IMG/VR virus record: IMGVR_UViG_3300023214_000231
Coordinates: 1-57,570 of that record
Length of the DNA stretch: 57,570 bases
Direction: 5' to 3' (one strand)
Origin: a virus
Lineage: Duplodnaviria > Caudoviricetes
In this document: positions 7,722 through 18,322 of the stretch, piece after piece
How the letters are laid out: each line of letters starts with the position of its first letter
Numbering within the stretch: position 1 is the first letter of the stretch
Translations under genes and position numbers: made by a program
The notes under the pieces: generated by a model
Databases searched by the model: none
What the model was told of the DNA's origin: nothing
The model's input: the letters and a program-made list of their open reading frames with translations, nothing else

Positions 7722-9436
7722 GCGTCAAACACCGAAATCACGCCGAGATCCAGGTCGGCGTGCCCGAAGTTGTTGAGGTGCCGGATCTCGACCGCGTCGG
7801 CAGCTAGACGAACCCGCTCGAAGAACATGACCCGCCGGACATCCGCCACAGTGATGTCTCCAGCGTCCCACGCGGGCGAGACCGTGATCGACTCCTGGGT
7901 CGCGGACAAGGTACCAGCCGACACGATCTCGCGAACCTGAGATCCGCCGGAGTTGGTCTCAAGGCGGATAACCTTCTTGTTGGGGCGTGCGGTCGGCAGG
8001 AACTGTGCGAAGCCGGACGACTCGATCACAAGCGTCGCCGTGCCCCCCTGGACGGTATCGGCGACCACAAGGTCCTTGTAGAACGTCGGCAGCCAGAAAC
8101 TTTGCTGGCGGCCCCGAAGCTCATGCAGCAGCCGGCGGATGTTCCACAGCGCGGCCCGGGACCGCGGCCGTAAGCCCTTCGCGCTGGCCCGCTTATCCTG
8201 GCTCCACGGCGTCTCGGCGGAGAACACCCCAACATCGTTGTCGAACTCAATCAAGCGGCGGCTGAGCGACTCGCGGAGCGAGCCAGAGATCGCGTTGGGA
8301 TCGTCGAGCAACACGAGACCGTCGTGTGTCGAAAACGCCGAGGCATCGGCCAATGCGTCGCCGACGTCATTCTCGGTCACGCGGAAGTCCACCCGTCGGG
8401 TCGCCCGACCCCTGGCCGCCCGAGATCCTGAAACCTGCGGGCCGGCGCGGGCGGTCCGCATCGGGTAGACCTCGGTCCCCGCCGGGTAGTCCGCGCCAGC
8501 CGGAGATTTGAACGTGATCGAAGTGGCCGTCAGGCTGCTGATTTCGAGCGCGTCGAAATTCTGATCATCGGCAAGCACCACCGCCAGACCACCGACCCGA
8601 TAGTCCGCGTTCGCCGTAGACGCCACAGACACGGTCAGGTCACCCGAGGTCACAGCCAATGTCACGGTCGTCGGCTCGTGCCAGACAGGAACCCCAAAGA
8701 CCCGGGCGTGCCAATCGAACATGGTGTTATCGAACCTCGTCAGGTCCGCGCCCTCGTCGAGCACATAGTCGAGCGAGAACACCTGCCGCGGGAAGTCCCG
8801 AAGGGCGATGCGCTGTTCGGAGCCGTCGATCGCTTCCAGAACGTCCGTCGCCCACTCCAGCCGCTCGGTGATCGGACGCTCAGGCACAAACGCGAACACC
8901 ACCAGCCGAGAGCCAGAGATGGTGATCGGCACCGCATACAGCGAGGTGAAGGTGAAGGTGATCGACCCATCGATCACAGGCGCACCGACCGGACTGATCG
9001 TCAGAGACAGCGAAACCGCGTCCTTCGCCTCAATCACCACATCCGGAGGCGGGGTGGTGCCCGAGATCGCCACGCCGCTGCCGGCGTCATTCGACACCGC
9101 GGACCAAGTGACCGACTCGGTCCGGAAAGCGTTGAAGATGACGATGGAATCCACGACCTCGGACAGGATGTTGCCGAGCGACAGGGACCGAGGGAACACA
9201 TGGACGATCTCGTACCATGTTTCCTCAAGCGGCGACCGGAGCACATGACCCTCCGCGGTCTTGGGCGACGGCACGACCGCCTGAACCCGAGTGCCCGGCC
9301 CGGACGCGACGCCGCCCACACTTACAGGCCGGAGCACGCCGTCCCGGCCGTCCGGAGCAACGCGGTTACTACCCGGGACCGGAACAACCTCACGGGACAC
9401 CAGAACCGACGGGATGAAGCCCTCGCCGACCACCAT
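7718..9436 (-). CDS. Minor tail / distal tail protein (YuA-like)
   Basis: ERLEWATDVL..DGSEQRIALR and LRGRQQSFWLPT motifs; position between TMP and hub. Confidence 0.8.
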   Translation of the reverse strand: MVVGEGFIPSVLVSREVVPVPGSNRVAPDGRDGVLRPVSVGGVASGPGTRVQAVVPSPKTAEGHVLRSPLEETWYEIVHVFPRSLSLGNILSEVVDSIVIFNAFRTESVTWSAVSNDAGSGVAISGTTPPPDVVIEAKDAVSLSLTISPVGAPVIDGSITFTFTSLYAVPITISGSRLVVFAFVPERPITERLEWATDVLEAIDGSEQRIALRDFPRQVFSLDYVLDEGADLTRFDNTMFDWHARVFGVPVWHEPTTVTLAVTSGDLTVSVASTANADYRVGGLAVVLADDQNFDALEISSLTATSITFKSPAGADYPAGTEVYPMRTARAGPQVSGSRAARGRATRRVDFRVTENDVGDALADASAFSTHDGLVLLDDPNAISGSLRESLSRRLIEFDNDVGVFSAETPWSQDKRASAKGLRPRSRAALWNIRRLLHELRGRQQSFWLPTFYKDLVVADTVQGGTATLVIESSGFAQFLPTARPNKKVIRLETNSGGSQVREIVSAGTLSATQESITVSPAWDAGDITVADVRRVMFFERVRLAADAVEIRHLNNFGHADLDLGVISVFDA

Positions 9437-9439
9437 GCG

Positions 9440-10465
9440 TCACACCACCTTCAGGTAGGCGAGACCCATATTCCGCGACTCCTCGTTGCTGCCGCCAACA
9501 TTCTGCTTCGCAGTCACCGGAAAGAACTTCCAGGTATCCGAGCCGACGGTGACCTCCTGCCCAGCGGAGAAATTGGCGATCTGGGCCATGCGAACGCCCG
9601 GAAGAAACCCGAGCGCCTGGAAGTTGTCCGCCCCTCGCTGCTTGGAGAAGAGCAGCGCTGGGGTGAGTTGAATGACGCCGGTCAACAGATCGGGCACGAA
9701 CTGCTGGAACGCGGCGTCGAAGAACGTGCTTCGCAGTCCGCCAGCAATCTGGGTTCGGGAGTTTCCCGCCCCATCGGTAGAAACAGGGTCATTGGTCGCG
9801 TTGACCGCCACGCCAAACCGGTCCGCCGCGAGCTGGCCGGCAAGGCCCCGGGCATGCACGGTGGACGCGTCCCCCTCTCCGTTGGCCCGGCCGTCAATGA
9901 GCAGGTTGTGGCTCACTCTGGACGGGTCCGATTCATTTGAACCAGACGTAGACCATGTGTGCCCGGCGACCCATCCGCCGCCGACCCAGTCCCCGATCTT
10001 GTTTTCGAGCACGTCTCCAAACCCGAAGTGTCTGAACTTGCCAACCGCGTATTCGAGAACGCAGAGGACATACCCGTTCGTCGCTCCGCTCATCATGGTG
10101 AGGCGAACAAACGGCCCAGCGCCGACGCGAGAGATGCGTCGCCCAGACGAAGCGAGGTTCGCGGAGTCCGTTCCGCTGCCGGAGTCGGTCGGAAAATCCC
10201 AAGGCTCTTCCTTCTGCTGGGCGGTGAGACCAACCGGGTACGCGAGTGCGTGATGCATGGCGATCGACTGCGGGGAGTCGATACCGGCCCAGCGGAATGT
10301 GACCACAGTGTCGCCACGAGAGAGAGAGAGCACGCCCTGTCCGAGCACGGACGCACCGGCTGCGACAAAGTGCTCCTCGGTCCACCCATTAGCCTGTGCA
10401 AACGCCGAAACCGCAGAGACGACGGCCTCGGGGTCGCTCGGCGTGCTGGCTTCGCTGAACGCCAT
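9440..10465 (-). CDS. Virion structural protein (tail-associated)
   Basis: LEYAVGKFRHFGFG and VTVGSDTWKFFP motifs as in YuA-like post-TMP proteins; synteny. Confidence 0.7.
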   Translation of the reverse strand: MAFSEASTPSDPEAVVSAVSAFAQANGWTEEHFVAAGASVLGQGVLSLSRGDTVVTFRWAGIDSPQSIAMHHALAYPVGLTAQQKEEPWDFPTDSGSGTDSANLASSGRRISRVGAGPFVRLTMMSGATNGYVLCVLEYAVGKFRHFGFGDVLENKIGDWVGGGWVAGHTWSTSGSNESDPSRVSHNLLIDGRANGEGDASTVHARGLAGQLAADRFGVAVNATNDPVSTDGAGNSRTQIAGGLRSTFFDAAFQQFVPDLLTGVIQLTPALLFSKQRGADNFQALGFLPGVRMAQIANFSAGQEVTVGSDTWKFFPVTAKQNVGGSNEESRNMGLAYLKVV

Positions 10466-10467
10466 GG

Positions 10468-12030
10468 TCAAGCCTCCTTCACGGCGACAAACTGCGACGG
10501 GTCGGAATACCGGCCGCTCTGGAACAGCCGGTATCGATCGCCGTCATAGTTGATGACGGACCCGTTGTCAGAAAGCCCGGCCTCGGCGCTCATCCAGAAC
10601 AGGTCGGGGATCTGCCCGGCGATGAACGCGGGAGAGAAGTAGCTGATCATGGTCAGGGGCACAAGAAGGAACTTGTCGCCGCCGGAATCCGGCGTTGGGA
10701 CCAGGTTGGCAACCGGCGCGGAGAAAGACTGTGTCGTGAAGCGTGACGGATCGACCGTCCCCGACGCGACGGGCCAGCCGTTGGCCCCCGAGACAAGTGA
10801 TGTCTGAGACCCAAGCGGGTGGATTGTCCTGTCGGTCGCAGGCACCCTATTGGTACCCCCGTCGCTGGATGACGCGGTGACAGCGTTCCGGAAGTCGAGC
10901 CAGCCGCCGGCCGGGCTCCAGAGTTGACAGCAGGAATACTCCGACCTCGCGCCCGAGTTGCTCTGGCCGATCGCCACCGGATCGTGAAACCCGGACCAAC
11001 TCGAAAGCGTCGCCGACGTCGCCTCAAGATCCGCGTCGGTCGAGCTACCCGCGATCAAGAGCGGGTACGCATATAGCCCGCTCGCCAAGCCGGGGCTGCT
11101 GGTGGGATCAATGAACCCGAGGAATCCGCTGGCGATATTCGTGCCGACCGACACCCAGAACATGATGCGATTGGAAGTGATCGACATCCAATACTGCATC
11201 GAGACGTTCCGGAGCGGAACGAAAATACCACCAATGTTTGAGTCATCGTCGTAGCGGCCACGGGAGATATCCGGCTGGTCCGACCACTGCCCAGAATTGA
11301 ACCCGGAGAAGCCGGCAAGCTCGAAGTTGAAATACGGGCTCGAAACAAAGTCGCTGAAGGTGCGGATGCCGACGAATATCTCGTCGGACCCGGAGCCGGA
11401 ACCCTCAAGGATCAACTCCTTCTCCTCCTGCCAGGTGAGATCGAGTGTCAGCCCCGTGCCAGCGCCAGCCACCGTTGCCTGCCCCGTGGAGCCGGGGATC
11501 GACTCGTAGATGCCCCGCTGCGCGAAGCTCACGCCGGTGACCACACCACCCGATACAGAGTCGATATCGACGATCGTCGGGCGAAGCTCGGTCGCCGCCC
11601 CATCGTCAAGCGTTGCGGTGCTCAACGTGTTGTAGCCAGACCCGCCCGCGTTGACCGCGACGCTGATCGGTCGGAACACGGACCGATCGACGCGAGCGAC
11701 CCAGCCCGCGGGCTGCGTTGTGAGCGTCACATCAAGCCCGGACCCCCCGGACGATGTCAGGCTGGTCTGCGTCGTAGACGGCAGCACCGAATACGCCCCG
11801 CCGTTGTAGACGCGGATCTCAGTCACCACGCCGCCGGACACGGCGACCACTTCAAGCACGGCATCGGTCGTCGAGGTGCCGCCCGAGACGGTCACGAGGT
11901 CACCCTCGGAGAACCCGGTGCCGCCGTTGTCGATCGCGGACACCGCGGCAATGTTGTCGCTGGTCGCGTACTCCTTGATCAGATCCAGCAAGTCCTGGTA
12001 GTCGGTCGCCGTGCCCTCAAACCAAGCCAT
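10468..12030 (-). CDS. Virion structural protein (tail-associated)
   Basis: MAWFEGTATDYQDLL N-terminus, YPLLIAGS motif, inserted GGxGY beta-rich repeats; synteny. Confidence 0.75.
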   Translation of the reverse strand: MAWFEGTATDYQDLLDLIKEYATSDNIAAVSAIDNGGTGFSEGDLVTVSGGTSTTDAVLEVVAVSGGVVTEIRVYNGGAYSVLPSTTQTSLTSSGGSGLDVTLTTQPAGWVARVDRSVFRPISVAVNAGGSGYNTLSTATLDDGAATELRPTIVDIDSVSGGVVTGVSFAQRGIYESIPGSTGQATVAGAGTGLTLDLTWQEEKELILEGSGSGSDEIFVGIRTFSDFVSSPYFNFELAGFSGFNSGQWSDQPDISRGRYDDDSNIGGIFVPLRNVSMQYWMSITSNRIMFWVSVGTNIASGFLGFIDPTSSPGLASGLYAYPLLIAGSSTDADLEATSATLSSWSGFHDPVAIGQSNSGARSEYSCCQLWSPAGGWLDFRNAVTASSSDGGTNRVPATDRTIHPLGSQTSLVSGANGWPVASGTVDPSRFTTQSFSAPVANLVPTPDSGGDKFLLVPLTMISYFSPAFIAGQIPDLFWMSAEAGLSDNGSVINYDGDRYRLFQSGRYSDPSQFVAVKEA

Positions 12031-12033
12031 CGA

Positions 12034-15000
12034 TCACCTCCCGGTCAACGCGTTGACCCGGCGCGGGTTCCGCTCGATCTTGTTGAAGATCACCTCGTCG
12101 CCTCGCTCTGACGCTACGGCGTCGAGAATGAAGTCGTCGCTGATCTGGTTGACCACGGTCACATTTACCGCCGGACGGCTCATCGCGGTCTGCGTCTGGC
12201 CGCTCGGGGTGATGTTTCCAGGGACGCGAGGGGTGAATAGCTCGGGGCCGTTCTCGCCGACCACGGCGGATTGCCCGGCCCCGAGAGGACCGCCGATCTG
12301 CCGCTGCACCGGGCCGATGAAATTGGCCGCCGTCTCGCTGCCGCCCGGCGTTCCGCTGAATGCGTCTACCAAGGCAAACAACGCCTTGCGCGCTAGCAGC
12401 CGGGTTAGATCGTCGAGAACCGAATCAACCAGCGCCCCAAACTCAAACTCCCCAGTCTTGCGGAACTGAACGATCGCGTCCTCCGCGGAGCCGAACGCGT
12501 TGACGATCGTCGCCTCCGCCTGATCTGAGAAGTTGCGAAGCTGGTCGCCGACAGCCTCAAGGCCACGAGAGAACCCGCCAGACAGGGTCTGGTCGGTGTC
12601 ATTCGCGGCCGCCGCGATCTTTCGCAACTCCTCCGCATACTGATCGGCGCTGATCTGTCCGCTCTCGAACAGGGCGTTGACGGCGTCCTGGCGAGCGGCG
12701 AGGTCTTCCTGTGGGCCACGGATCTCTTGGAGAACCGCGGCCTGATCGGACAGGGCCTGGAGGTTTCGAAGCCGAGCCTCGGTCAGGTCGCGCTCGGACT
12801 CGGTCAGCACGACGTTCTTCTCGGCCAGGGTCTGCTCGATCTGCTGGAGGCCGGTCGAGATCTCCCGCTCGCGGTTGGTCTGCCCGAGAAGCGCCGCCTG
12901 GTTGGCGAGGTCGGCGTTGATGGACTGGATCGCCTCTTGACGCCGCCCGAACTCCGCCACGGCATCATCGCCGAACAGGCCCGACCCCGCGCCACCAACA
13001 CCGCCAAGATCGGGTGCGCCGGGGGCCGCGCCCGACGGAGCGACCGGCGCTGTCCTATCCCGGTTGATCTGCTCCGCGCGTGCAATCACGTTGTCCAACA
13101 GGCCCTCGGCACCACTGAAGTCCGCACCCTCGTTGAATTTAGCCACCACCGCTTGGCCCGCGATGAAGAACTTCTCCCCCGCGCCCGCGGTGAAGCCGTC
13201 GAGATTTATGTCGTTGAGACCGCCGAGGATGACGTTCTCGATCCGCTCACCGCCGAGCGCGGTAATCGCGCGGTTAGCGGAGTCGATCAGCAGGTTCACG
13301 AACCCGATCACGCCCTGAACCGCAGACCGCACGTTCCGGATGATCACATTGATCACCTGAGTAACGATCGTCGAGATCGCCTCAATCTGCGAGCCGAAAG
13401 CGTCCCGCACCTCGCCAACGCCGAAGTTGATGACATTGAACAGCCCGAGGAACAGGCCGATCTGGTTATCGATAATGCGGGCAACCACTCGCGCCGCGCC
13501 CTCGATCGAAAACTCCACATCACCAAAGACACGATCGACGGTATCGCCGATGAACCCGAAGTTGTCCGACACGAACTCAATCGCGGAGGCAAACGAGTTC
13601 CGAAGAAACGACGCGGCTGCCGATATCGCCTCACCGATGATCTGGAAGGTGGCTCTAAACAGGTCCCCGAGGGTCGCGGCGCTGTCTGACGAGATCCGGA
13701 TTCGATCCTGGAACGCAATCAGAGCGACCACCGCGGCGGACACCCCGACGGCGATCGCGCCGATCGGGTTCGCGGCGATCGCAAGGGTGACGGTCTTGAT
13801 GATGGCCCGGAGCCGCACGAGCGTCCGACCGAGCAAGGTGGCCTGGGCGTTCGCTGCCGCCGTTGACGCGGCGAGCCCGCCCTGGGCGGCGGTGAGCGCC
13901 GTGGTCTGCGCGGTGGCCTGGGCCTCCAGAATCGCCACCTGCTTGGTGACAGCGGCCTGGGCGAACAAGGCGGTGCTCGAGTTCCGCACGGCGAGCGCCC
14001 TCGCGGACTCCGCCTTGAGGTTCGCCAGCGCCGCCTGGGTCTTCTGGAGGTCTGCGGCCGCGGCCTGAACGGACGCAAGAGCCCGCTGCCGGTCGGCCTC
14101 GGCTGAGCCGAGCAACACAACCGTGCCGGCCGCCACCTGAGACCGCAGGACCAGGAACGCCCTTGCGGCCTCGAAACCCTGAATCGCCAGCGGACCAAGC
14201 CTGACCGCTGCTGCGGAGACGCCGAAGGCGGTAAGCGAAGCGAGCGCAACGTCAGCGTTCGCTGCCACGAACCGAAGTGCATCGGCCAGAGACCGAAGCG
14301 ACTCCTCCAGAACGCTGGTAACGCCAGCATCGCCGATCGACAGGATCACGGCCTCTAGGGCCGAACGAACCGCCAGCAACGCACCGAGCAAGTTGTCGTC
14401 CTGCACCCGGGCAAGCTCGGCTGCCGTGCCCGCGGCATTCCCAAGCTCTTCGGTGAGACGCTGGACCTGCGGGATTCCGGACGCGAGCACCTCGAAGGCC
14501 GGACCGCCGCGATCCCCGAAGATCTCCAGAGCCTGCCCCGTATCGATTCCCGCCTCGGCAAGCCGGCGCAGCGCGCTGGTGAGACCAACCTGCGAAACCC
14601 GAACATCATCGGCGGTCAGCCCGAGATCGGCGAGGATGCCGATGGTCTTTCCCGCGGGCGACTCAAGCTCCGAGAGCACTCGGCGCAAACCGGTGCCGGC
14701 GAGGCTGGCTTGTAGGCCCGCGTCCGAGAGCGTGCCGACCGCAGCGGTCGCCTCCTCGAGCGAGACCCCAAGGCCGGAGGCGACCGGGGCGACGAACTTG
14801 AGAGCGTCGCCAAGCTGCTCCACGTTCGTGTTCGAGTTGTTCGCAGCGAAGGCAAGGACATCGACCGCGCGGCCGGCCTCGGTCGCCTCCAGGCGGAACC
14901 CACGGAGCACATTCGACGAGATGTCGGCCGCACGACCGAGCCCGAGGGCACCGGCCTGGGCGAGACGAAGGGTGTCATCTAGGGACTCAAGCTGCTCATC

Positions 15001-15345
15001 GACGGAGAAGCCGGCGCGGGCCAGGAACACCAGACCCTCGGCCGCCTCGGTCGCTGAGAACCTCGTGGTAGCGCCGAGGTCGGCAGCGGTGTCCCGGAGC
15101 GCGGCGAACTGCTGCTCAGTGGCCCCGGTGATGCCCCGCACGGTTGCAAGCTGCTGCTCGAAGCTGGCGAGTACGCCCACGGTCTTCCGGATCGCAGCGA
15201 CACCGGCAAAGCCCAGCAAAGCCTTCTGGAGCAACCCAACCGAGCCGGCCGACGCCTTCGCCGTCGTCCCTACCTCGCGGATCTCCTGCTTGACACGGCG
15301 AGTGCCCCGCTCCTCGACCACGATAATGATGCGTTCGGTGGGCAT
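12034..15345 (-). CDS. Tail tape measure protein (TP901 family)
   Basis: 1103 aa, Ala-rich; LGATTRFSATEAAEGLVFLARAG and AGTGLRRVL motifs; C-terminal GENGPELFTP. Confidence 0.95.
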   Translation of the reverse strand: MPTERIIIVVEERGTRRVKQEIREVGTTAKASAGSVGLLQKALLGFAGVAAIRKTVGVLASFEQQLATVRGITGATEQQFAALRDTAADLGATTRFSATEAAEGLVFLARAGFSVDEQLESLDDTLRLAQAGALGLGRAADISSNVLRGFRLEATEAGRAVDVLAFAANNSNTNVEQLGDALKFVAPVASGLGVSLEEATAAVGTLSDAGLQASLAGTGLRRVLSELESPAGKTIGILADLGLTADDVRVSQVGLTSALRRLAEAGIDTGQALEIFGDRGGPAFEVLASGIPQVQRLTEELGNAAGTAAELARVQDDNLLGALLAVRSALEAVILSIGDAGVTSVLEESLRSLADALRFVAANADVALASLTAFGVSAAAVRLGPLAIQGFEAARAFLVLRSQVAAGTVVLLGSAEADRQRALASVQAAAADLQKTQAALANLKAESARALAVRNSSTALFAQAAVTKQVAILEAQATAQTTALTAAQGGLAASTAAANAQATLLGRTLVRLRAIIKTVTLAIAANPIGAIAVGVSAAVVALIAFQDRIRISSDSAATLGDLFRATFQIIGEAISAAASFLRNSFASAIEFVSDNFGFIGDTVDRVFGDVEFSIEGAARVVARIIDNQIGLFLGLFNVINFGVGEVRDAFGSQIEAISTIVTQVINVIIRNVRSAVQGVIGFVNLLIDSANRAITALGGERIENVILGGLNDINLDGFTAGAGEKFFIAGQAVVAKFNEGADFSGAEGLLDNVIARAEQINRDRTAPVAPSGAAPGAPDLGGVGGAGSGLFGDDAVAEFGRRQEAIQSINADLANQAALLGQTNREREISTGLQQIEQTLAEKNVVLTESERDLTEARLRNLQALSDQAAVLQEIRGPQEDLAARQDAVNALFESGQISADQYAEELRKIAAAANDTDQTLSGGFSRGLEAVGDQLRNFSDQAEATIVNAFGSAEDAIVQFRKTGEFEFGALVDSVLDDLTRLLARKALFALVDAFSGTPGGSETAANFIGPVQRQIGGPLGAGQSAVVGENGPELFTPRVPGNITPSGQTQTAMSRPAVNVTVVNQISDDFILDAVASERGDEVIFNKIERNPRRVNALTGR

Positions 15346-15351
15346 CGGGTC

Positions 15352-15801
15352 TCACACGGTCCGGAACACTCGAGACGAGGCGACGGCGACCGCGGCCTGC
15401 TGGACCGCGGTCTCCACAAACCCAGCCGGAGCCTGACGGCTGGATCCGTCATTGAGCGGCTGTATGTACGGCAGGTTATTCGCAATGAAGATGTCCTGCC
15501 CGGGACGCCGCGATCCGATGACCGTGCTGCCCTGGGCGATCGCGGCCTGGGCGTTCGCCGTCTCGCCGACCCCGAGTTCATCGCCCGGCGAATACGCCGG
15601 GATCGTCCCGGTCGGCGCGGCGCCGATGCCGACGCGCCAATTCGACCGGGCGACACCCTTATCGACGGGGGTCGAGAACACCACGGCCTGATCGATCACC
15701 AGCGCCGTGGCGCGGACGACGCGGTTCACACCGTCGACGATCTCGTCGGCCCGCACCTCCATGCGACGCGTGAACGGACCGAATCCACGCGACGTCGCCA
15801 T
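15352..15801 (-). CDS. HK97 gp10-like neck/tail completion protein
   Basis: TPVDKGVARSNW, NNLPYIQPLNDGSSRQAPAGFV. Confidence 0.85.
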   Translation of the reverse strand: MATSRGFGPFTRRMEVRADEIVDGVNRVVRATALVIDQAVVFSTPVDKGVARSNWRVGIGAAPTGTIPAYSPGDELGVGETANAQAAIAQGSTVIGSRRPGQDIFIANNLPYIQPLNDGSSRQAPAGFVETAVQQAAVAVASSRVFRTV

Positions 15802-15814
15802 GGGAAGCCTCCGG

Positions 15815-16152
15815 CTACTTCTCTTCCGCCTTCCTCTGATTGTACCGCAGGTGCTCGCCGTCCATCATTCGGATCAGCGTGACGAAGTCGGCGATCTCAT
15901 CGTCCGGCAGGCCGTTGGCGACCGCGTAATCGACGATCGACGTCCATGGAATGGGGCCAGAGCCGAAGCCGTAGGTGCGACAGGTGTCCAGATCGACGTA
16001 GGAATCGAAGACGATCTCGGAGCCAAGGGGCAGCGACGGAGCGTCAATCGCCCACTTGGGCACGCCCATGCTGTTGGCCTCGTAAGCCTTGAGAATCCGC
16101 TCCTCTTCCGCCGGCGGATGCTCAAGCTGGTAGATCAGGTAGTCGCAGAGGG
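15815..16152 (-). CDS. Tail assembly chaperone C-terminal extension (gpT-like, reached by -1 frameshift)
   Basis: The -1 frame after GGGAAAG is open (ALCDYLIYQLEH...) and runs into ORF 15815-16069 (GPIPWTSIVDYA). Confidence 0.8.
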
Positions 16153-16620
16153 CTTTCCCTCGGCCTCAACCTCCTCGCGCTGGAACGTCGCCGTGGACGT
16201 CGAGAACGCCATGAGATCGTCGAACAGGTCGGGGAGGTCCGTCAGCAGTTTGACAGCGTTCTCGACCGTGTACGGCAGCGGATTGCCGTCCGGGCCGGTG
16301 ACGTCGTGCTCGCACAGAACCGGGTCGCCCTTGGAGCCGGGGTCCCGAGGCAACGGCTCGCCCTTCTTGAACCACTTGATCAGGCAGGTCTTGGCGAACG
16401 CCTCGCGGTTCAGCCGGTTGGCGATATCGGCATCCAAGGTGCCGGCGATCAACTGCCGGCGGTGCGGCTGCGTGAGCTTCCGCACCATCGCCGTGAACCT
16501 GCTGTTTGCACCACCCGCCCGAGCGAGAAGATAGACACCAGCCTCGCCGAGGTCGCAGACCGCGCCCTCGGTCTCAAGCGACTTGTCCGTGCCAAACTTT
16601 CCGTACGTTCCACCGGCCAT
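16135..16620 (-). CDS. Tail assembly chaperone (gpG-like)
   Basis: LARAGGANSRF, YTVENAVKLLTDLPDLFDDL; between tail tube and TMP. Confidence 0.85.
   Translation of the reverse strand: MAGGTYGKFGTDKSLETEGAVCDLGEAGVYLLARAGGANSRFTAMVRKLTQPHRRQLIAGTLDADIANRLNREAFAKTCLIKWFKKGEPLPRDPGSKGDPVLCEHDVTGPDGNPLPYTVENAVKLLTDLPDLFDDLMAFSTSTATFQREEVEAEGKPSATT
16153..16159 (-). other. -1 programmed ribosomal frameshift heptamer G-GGA-AAG
   Basis: Same heptamer as lambda G/T, in frame (GAG GGA AAG) near the end of the chaperone gene. Confidence 0.85.
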
Positions 16621-16677
16621 AGCAACCTCCGGGATAGGGGGACCTGCGTTTCCGCCGGTAGCGTATCCCGAGGGACG

Positions 16678-18309
16678 TCAGCCCGCCACTGACGGCAGGT
16701 AGGGGAACACCACGAACATGAGCGTGTGGTCCAGGCTGGAGTTGATCTTGGCCCCGGTCGCCGCCTCGGCCCCGAGGGGCAACAGGATCGGCGCGTCGGC
16801 CTCGACGTTCGGCCGGGAATCGCTCAGGGTCAGCAGGGGCAGGTCGATGCTGATACCGGCATTCGCCTTGGCGATATGGATATCCAGCGTCACATCGTCA
16901 TTGTTCCGCACCGACTGGATCGCGCCCACGGTCTGGAAGTACGCCGTCAGGTTCCCCGAGACGACGAAGTTTCCGACCGTGACCTCGAAGCCCCCGAGCA
17001 CGCCGACCGCCTTGTTGGCGACCGCGTTGTTATTGATCGAGAGCGTGATGTCCTGAGCGAAGCCGAAGAACGCATCGGGGAAGCTGTCCGAAGCGGACAC
17101 AGTACCGATCCGAATACGAGGGACATCGCTCGAAGTGTTGAACGCATCGGCCTCGACGATCGCCGGCGCGGAGACGCCGGTGTCCTGGGACTTGATGTTC
17201 GTGACGCCGGCGTCGTTCTCATTGAGCGTCTCATTATCGAGGCCGACGAACGCGAGATCCACGGTGGCCTTGTCGGCCGTCGGGATATTCAGCGTCAACT
17301 CGTTCGCAATCGCGCCGGTGATGTACTCGGCCTGATCGCCGGTCAGCGTGTCGTCCGGCTTGCCGAGCGTCCTCTCAAGCTGGTACGAACGCCGGACCTG
17401 GAGATCCGGGTCGGACTCGTTCTTGATAACGGCGCCGAAGAACAGTTGCACGGTCTTGCCGGTGCCGGCGTCGTCCACGGTGCCCCAGGACGCCTGGGTC
17501 TTGTCGAGCGTGATCGACGAACCATCGGCGGCAACCGCGCGGATCCGGGCGTAGCCGGACATGGCGGGCGTGGCGAACTGTGTCCCGGCAGTATCGCCGC
17601 CGACAAAGATCCACTCGCCGGGGATAAGCCCGAGGTTCAGGAACGCATTGGACGCGGAGTTGATCACCGGGAATGTGGCGGCATCGACATCCACCGAGAG
17701 GTCGCCTGTGGCGAACTGGTGGCCTACCACCTGGAGCCGGGCATCGGCGCTGGGCGTTTCGGCCGCAAGGCCCGACGCCGGAACCGCCGTGGCCGACCCG
17801 CCAGAGCCGACTACCTTCAAGCCGTTATTCCCGGTCACAGCGAAGCCGGACGCGAGGATTAGATCGTTCTCGTTGAACACGCCCAGACCAGAGGCTGCCA
17901 CATAGTCCGTCGCGGTCACGCCCGTGATCGTGATCGTGGTCGGCGCAGCGTCCTCGGTGCCGTCGGCGTTGAACGTGCGCTCGCGGCCGAATCCGGCGGT
18001 GTCCGCCTTCTCGCGAGCGTTGGCGAAGAGGAAGCCCTGCAACAGCCGGGTCAGATTCTCCTGCGTGATGTCCTGGACGATGCCGCCCGACGCGTCGAGG
18101 TCGGTGACCGTGCCCTTCTTGTTCTGCCGGCCCGCGTTGATCGGGTTCCTGGCGACCGTAGTCACCTGGCCGCCAAAGTCGCCGTAGCTGTTCGGCTCGA
18201 GCGGACGCCAGACCTGGTGGGCCAGGGTGGACGGTGGAACCTTGAGCCCGGCCTCTTCGAGGAACCGGAGCCCGGTGACATTGCTATCGATCTTCGACTT
18301 CGTAGCCAT
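16678..18309 (-). CDS. Major tail (tube) protein
   Basis: KIDSNVTGL, EPNSYGDFGG..TVARNPIN..RQNKKG..TDLDASGG, as in YuA-like tube proteins. Confidence 0.9.
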   Translation of the reverse strand: MATKSKIDSNVTGLRFLEEAGLKVPPSTLAHQVWRPLEPNSYGDFGGQVTTVARNPINAGRQNKKGTVTDLDASGGIVQDITQENLTRLLQGFLFANAREKADTAGFGRERTFNADGTEDAAPTTITITGVTATDYVAASGLGVFNENDLILASGFAVTGNNGLKVVGSGGSATAVPASGLAAETPSADARLQVVGHQFATGDLSVDVDAATFPVINSASNAFLNLGLIPGEWIFVGGDTAGTQFATPAMSGYARIRAVAADGSSITLDKTQASWGTVDDAGTGKTVQLFFGAVIKNESDPDLQVRRSYQLERTLGKPDDTLTGDQAEYITGAIANELTLNIPTADKATVDLAFVGLDNETLNENDAGVTNIKSQDTGVSAPAIVEADAFNTSSDVPRIRIGTVSASDSFPDAFFGFAQDITLSINNNAVANKAVGVLGGFEVTVGNFVVSGNLTAYFQTVGAIQSVRNNDDVTLDIHIAKANAGISIDLPLLTLSDSRPNVEADAPILLPLGAEAATGAKINSSLDHTLMFVVFPYLPSVAG

Positions 18310-18322
18310 CGGGGGCCTCCAG

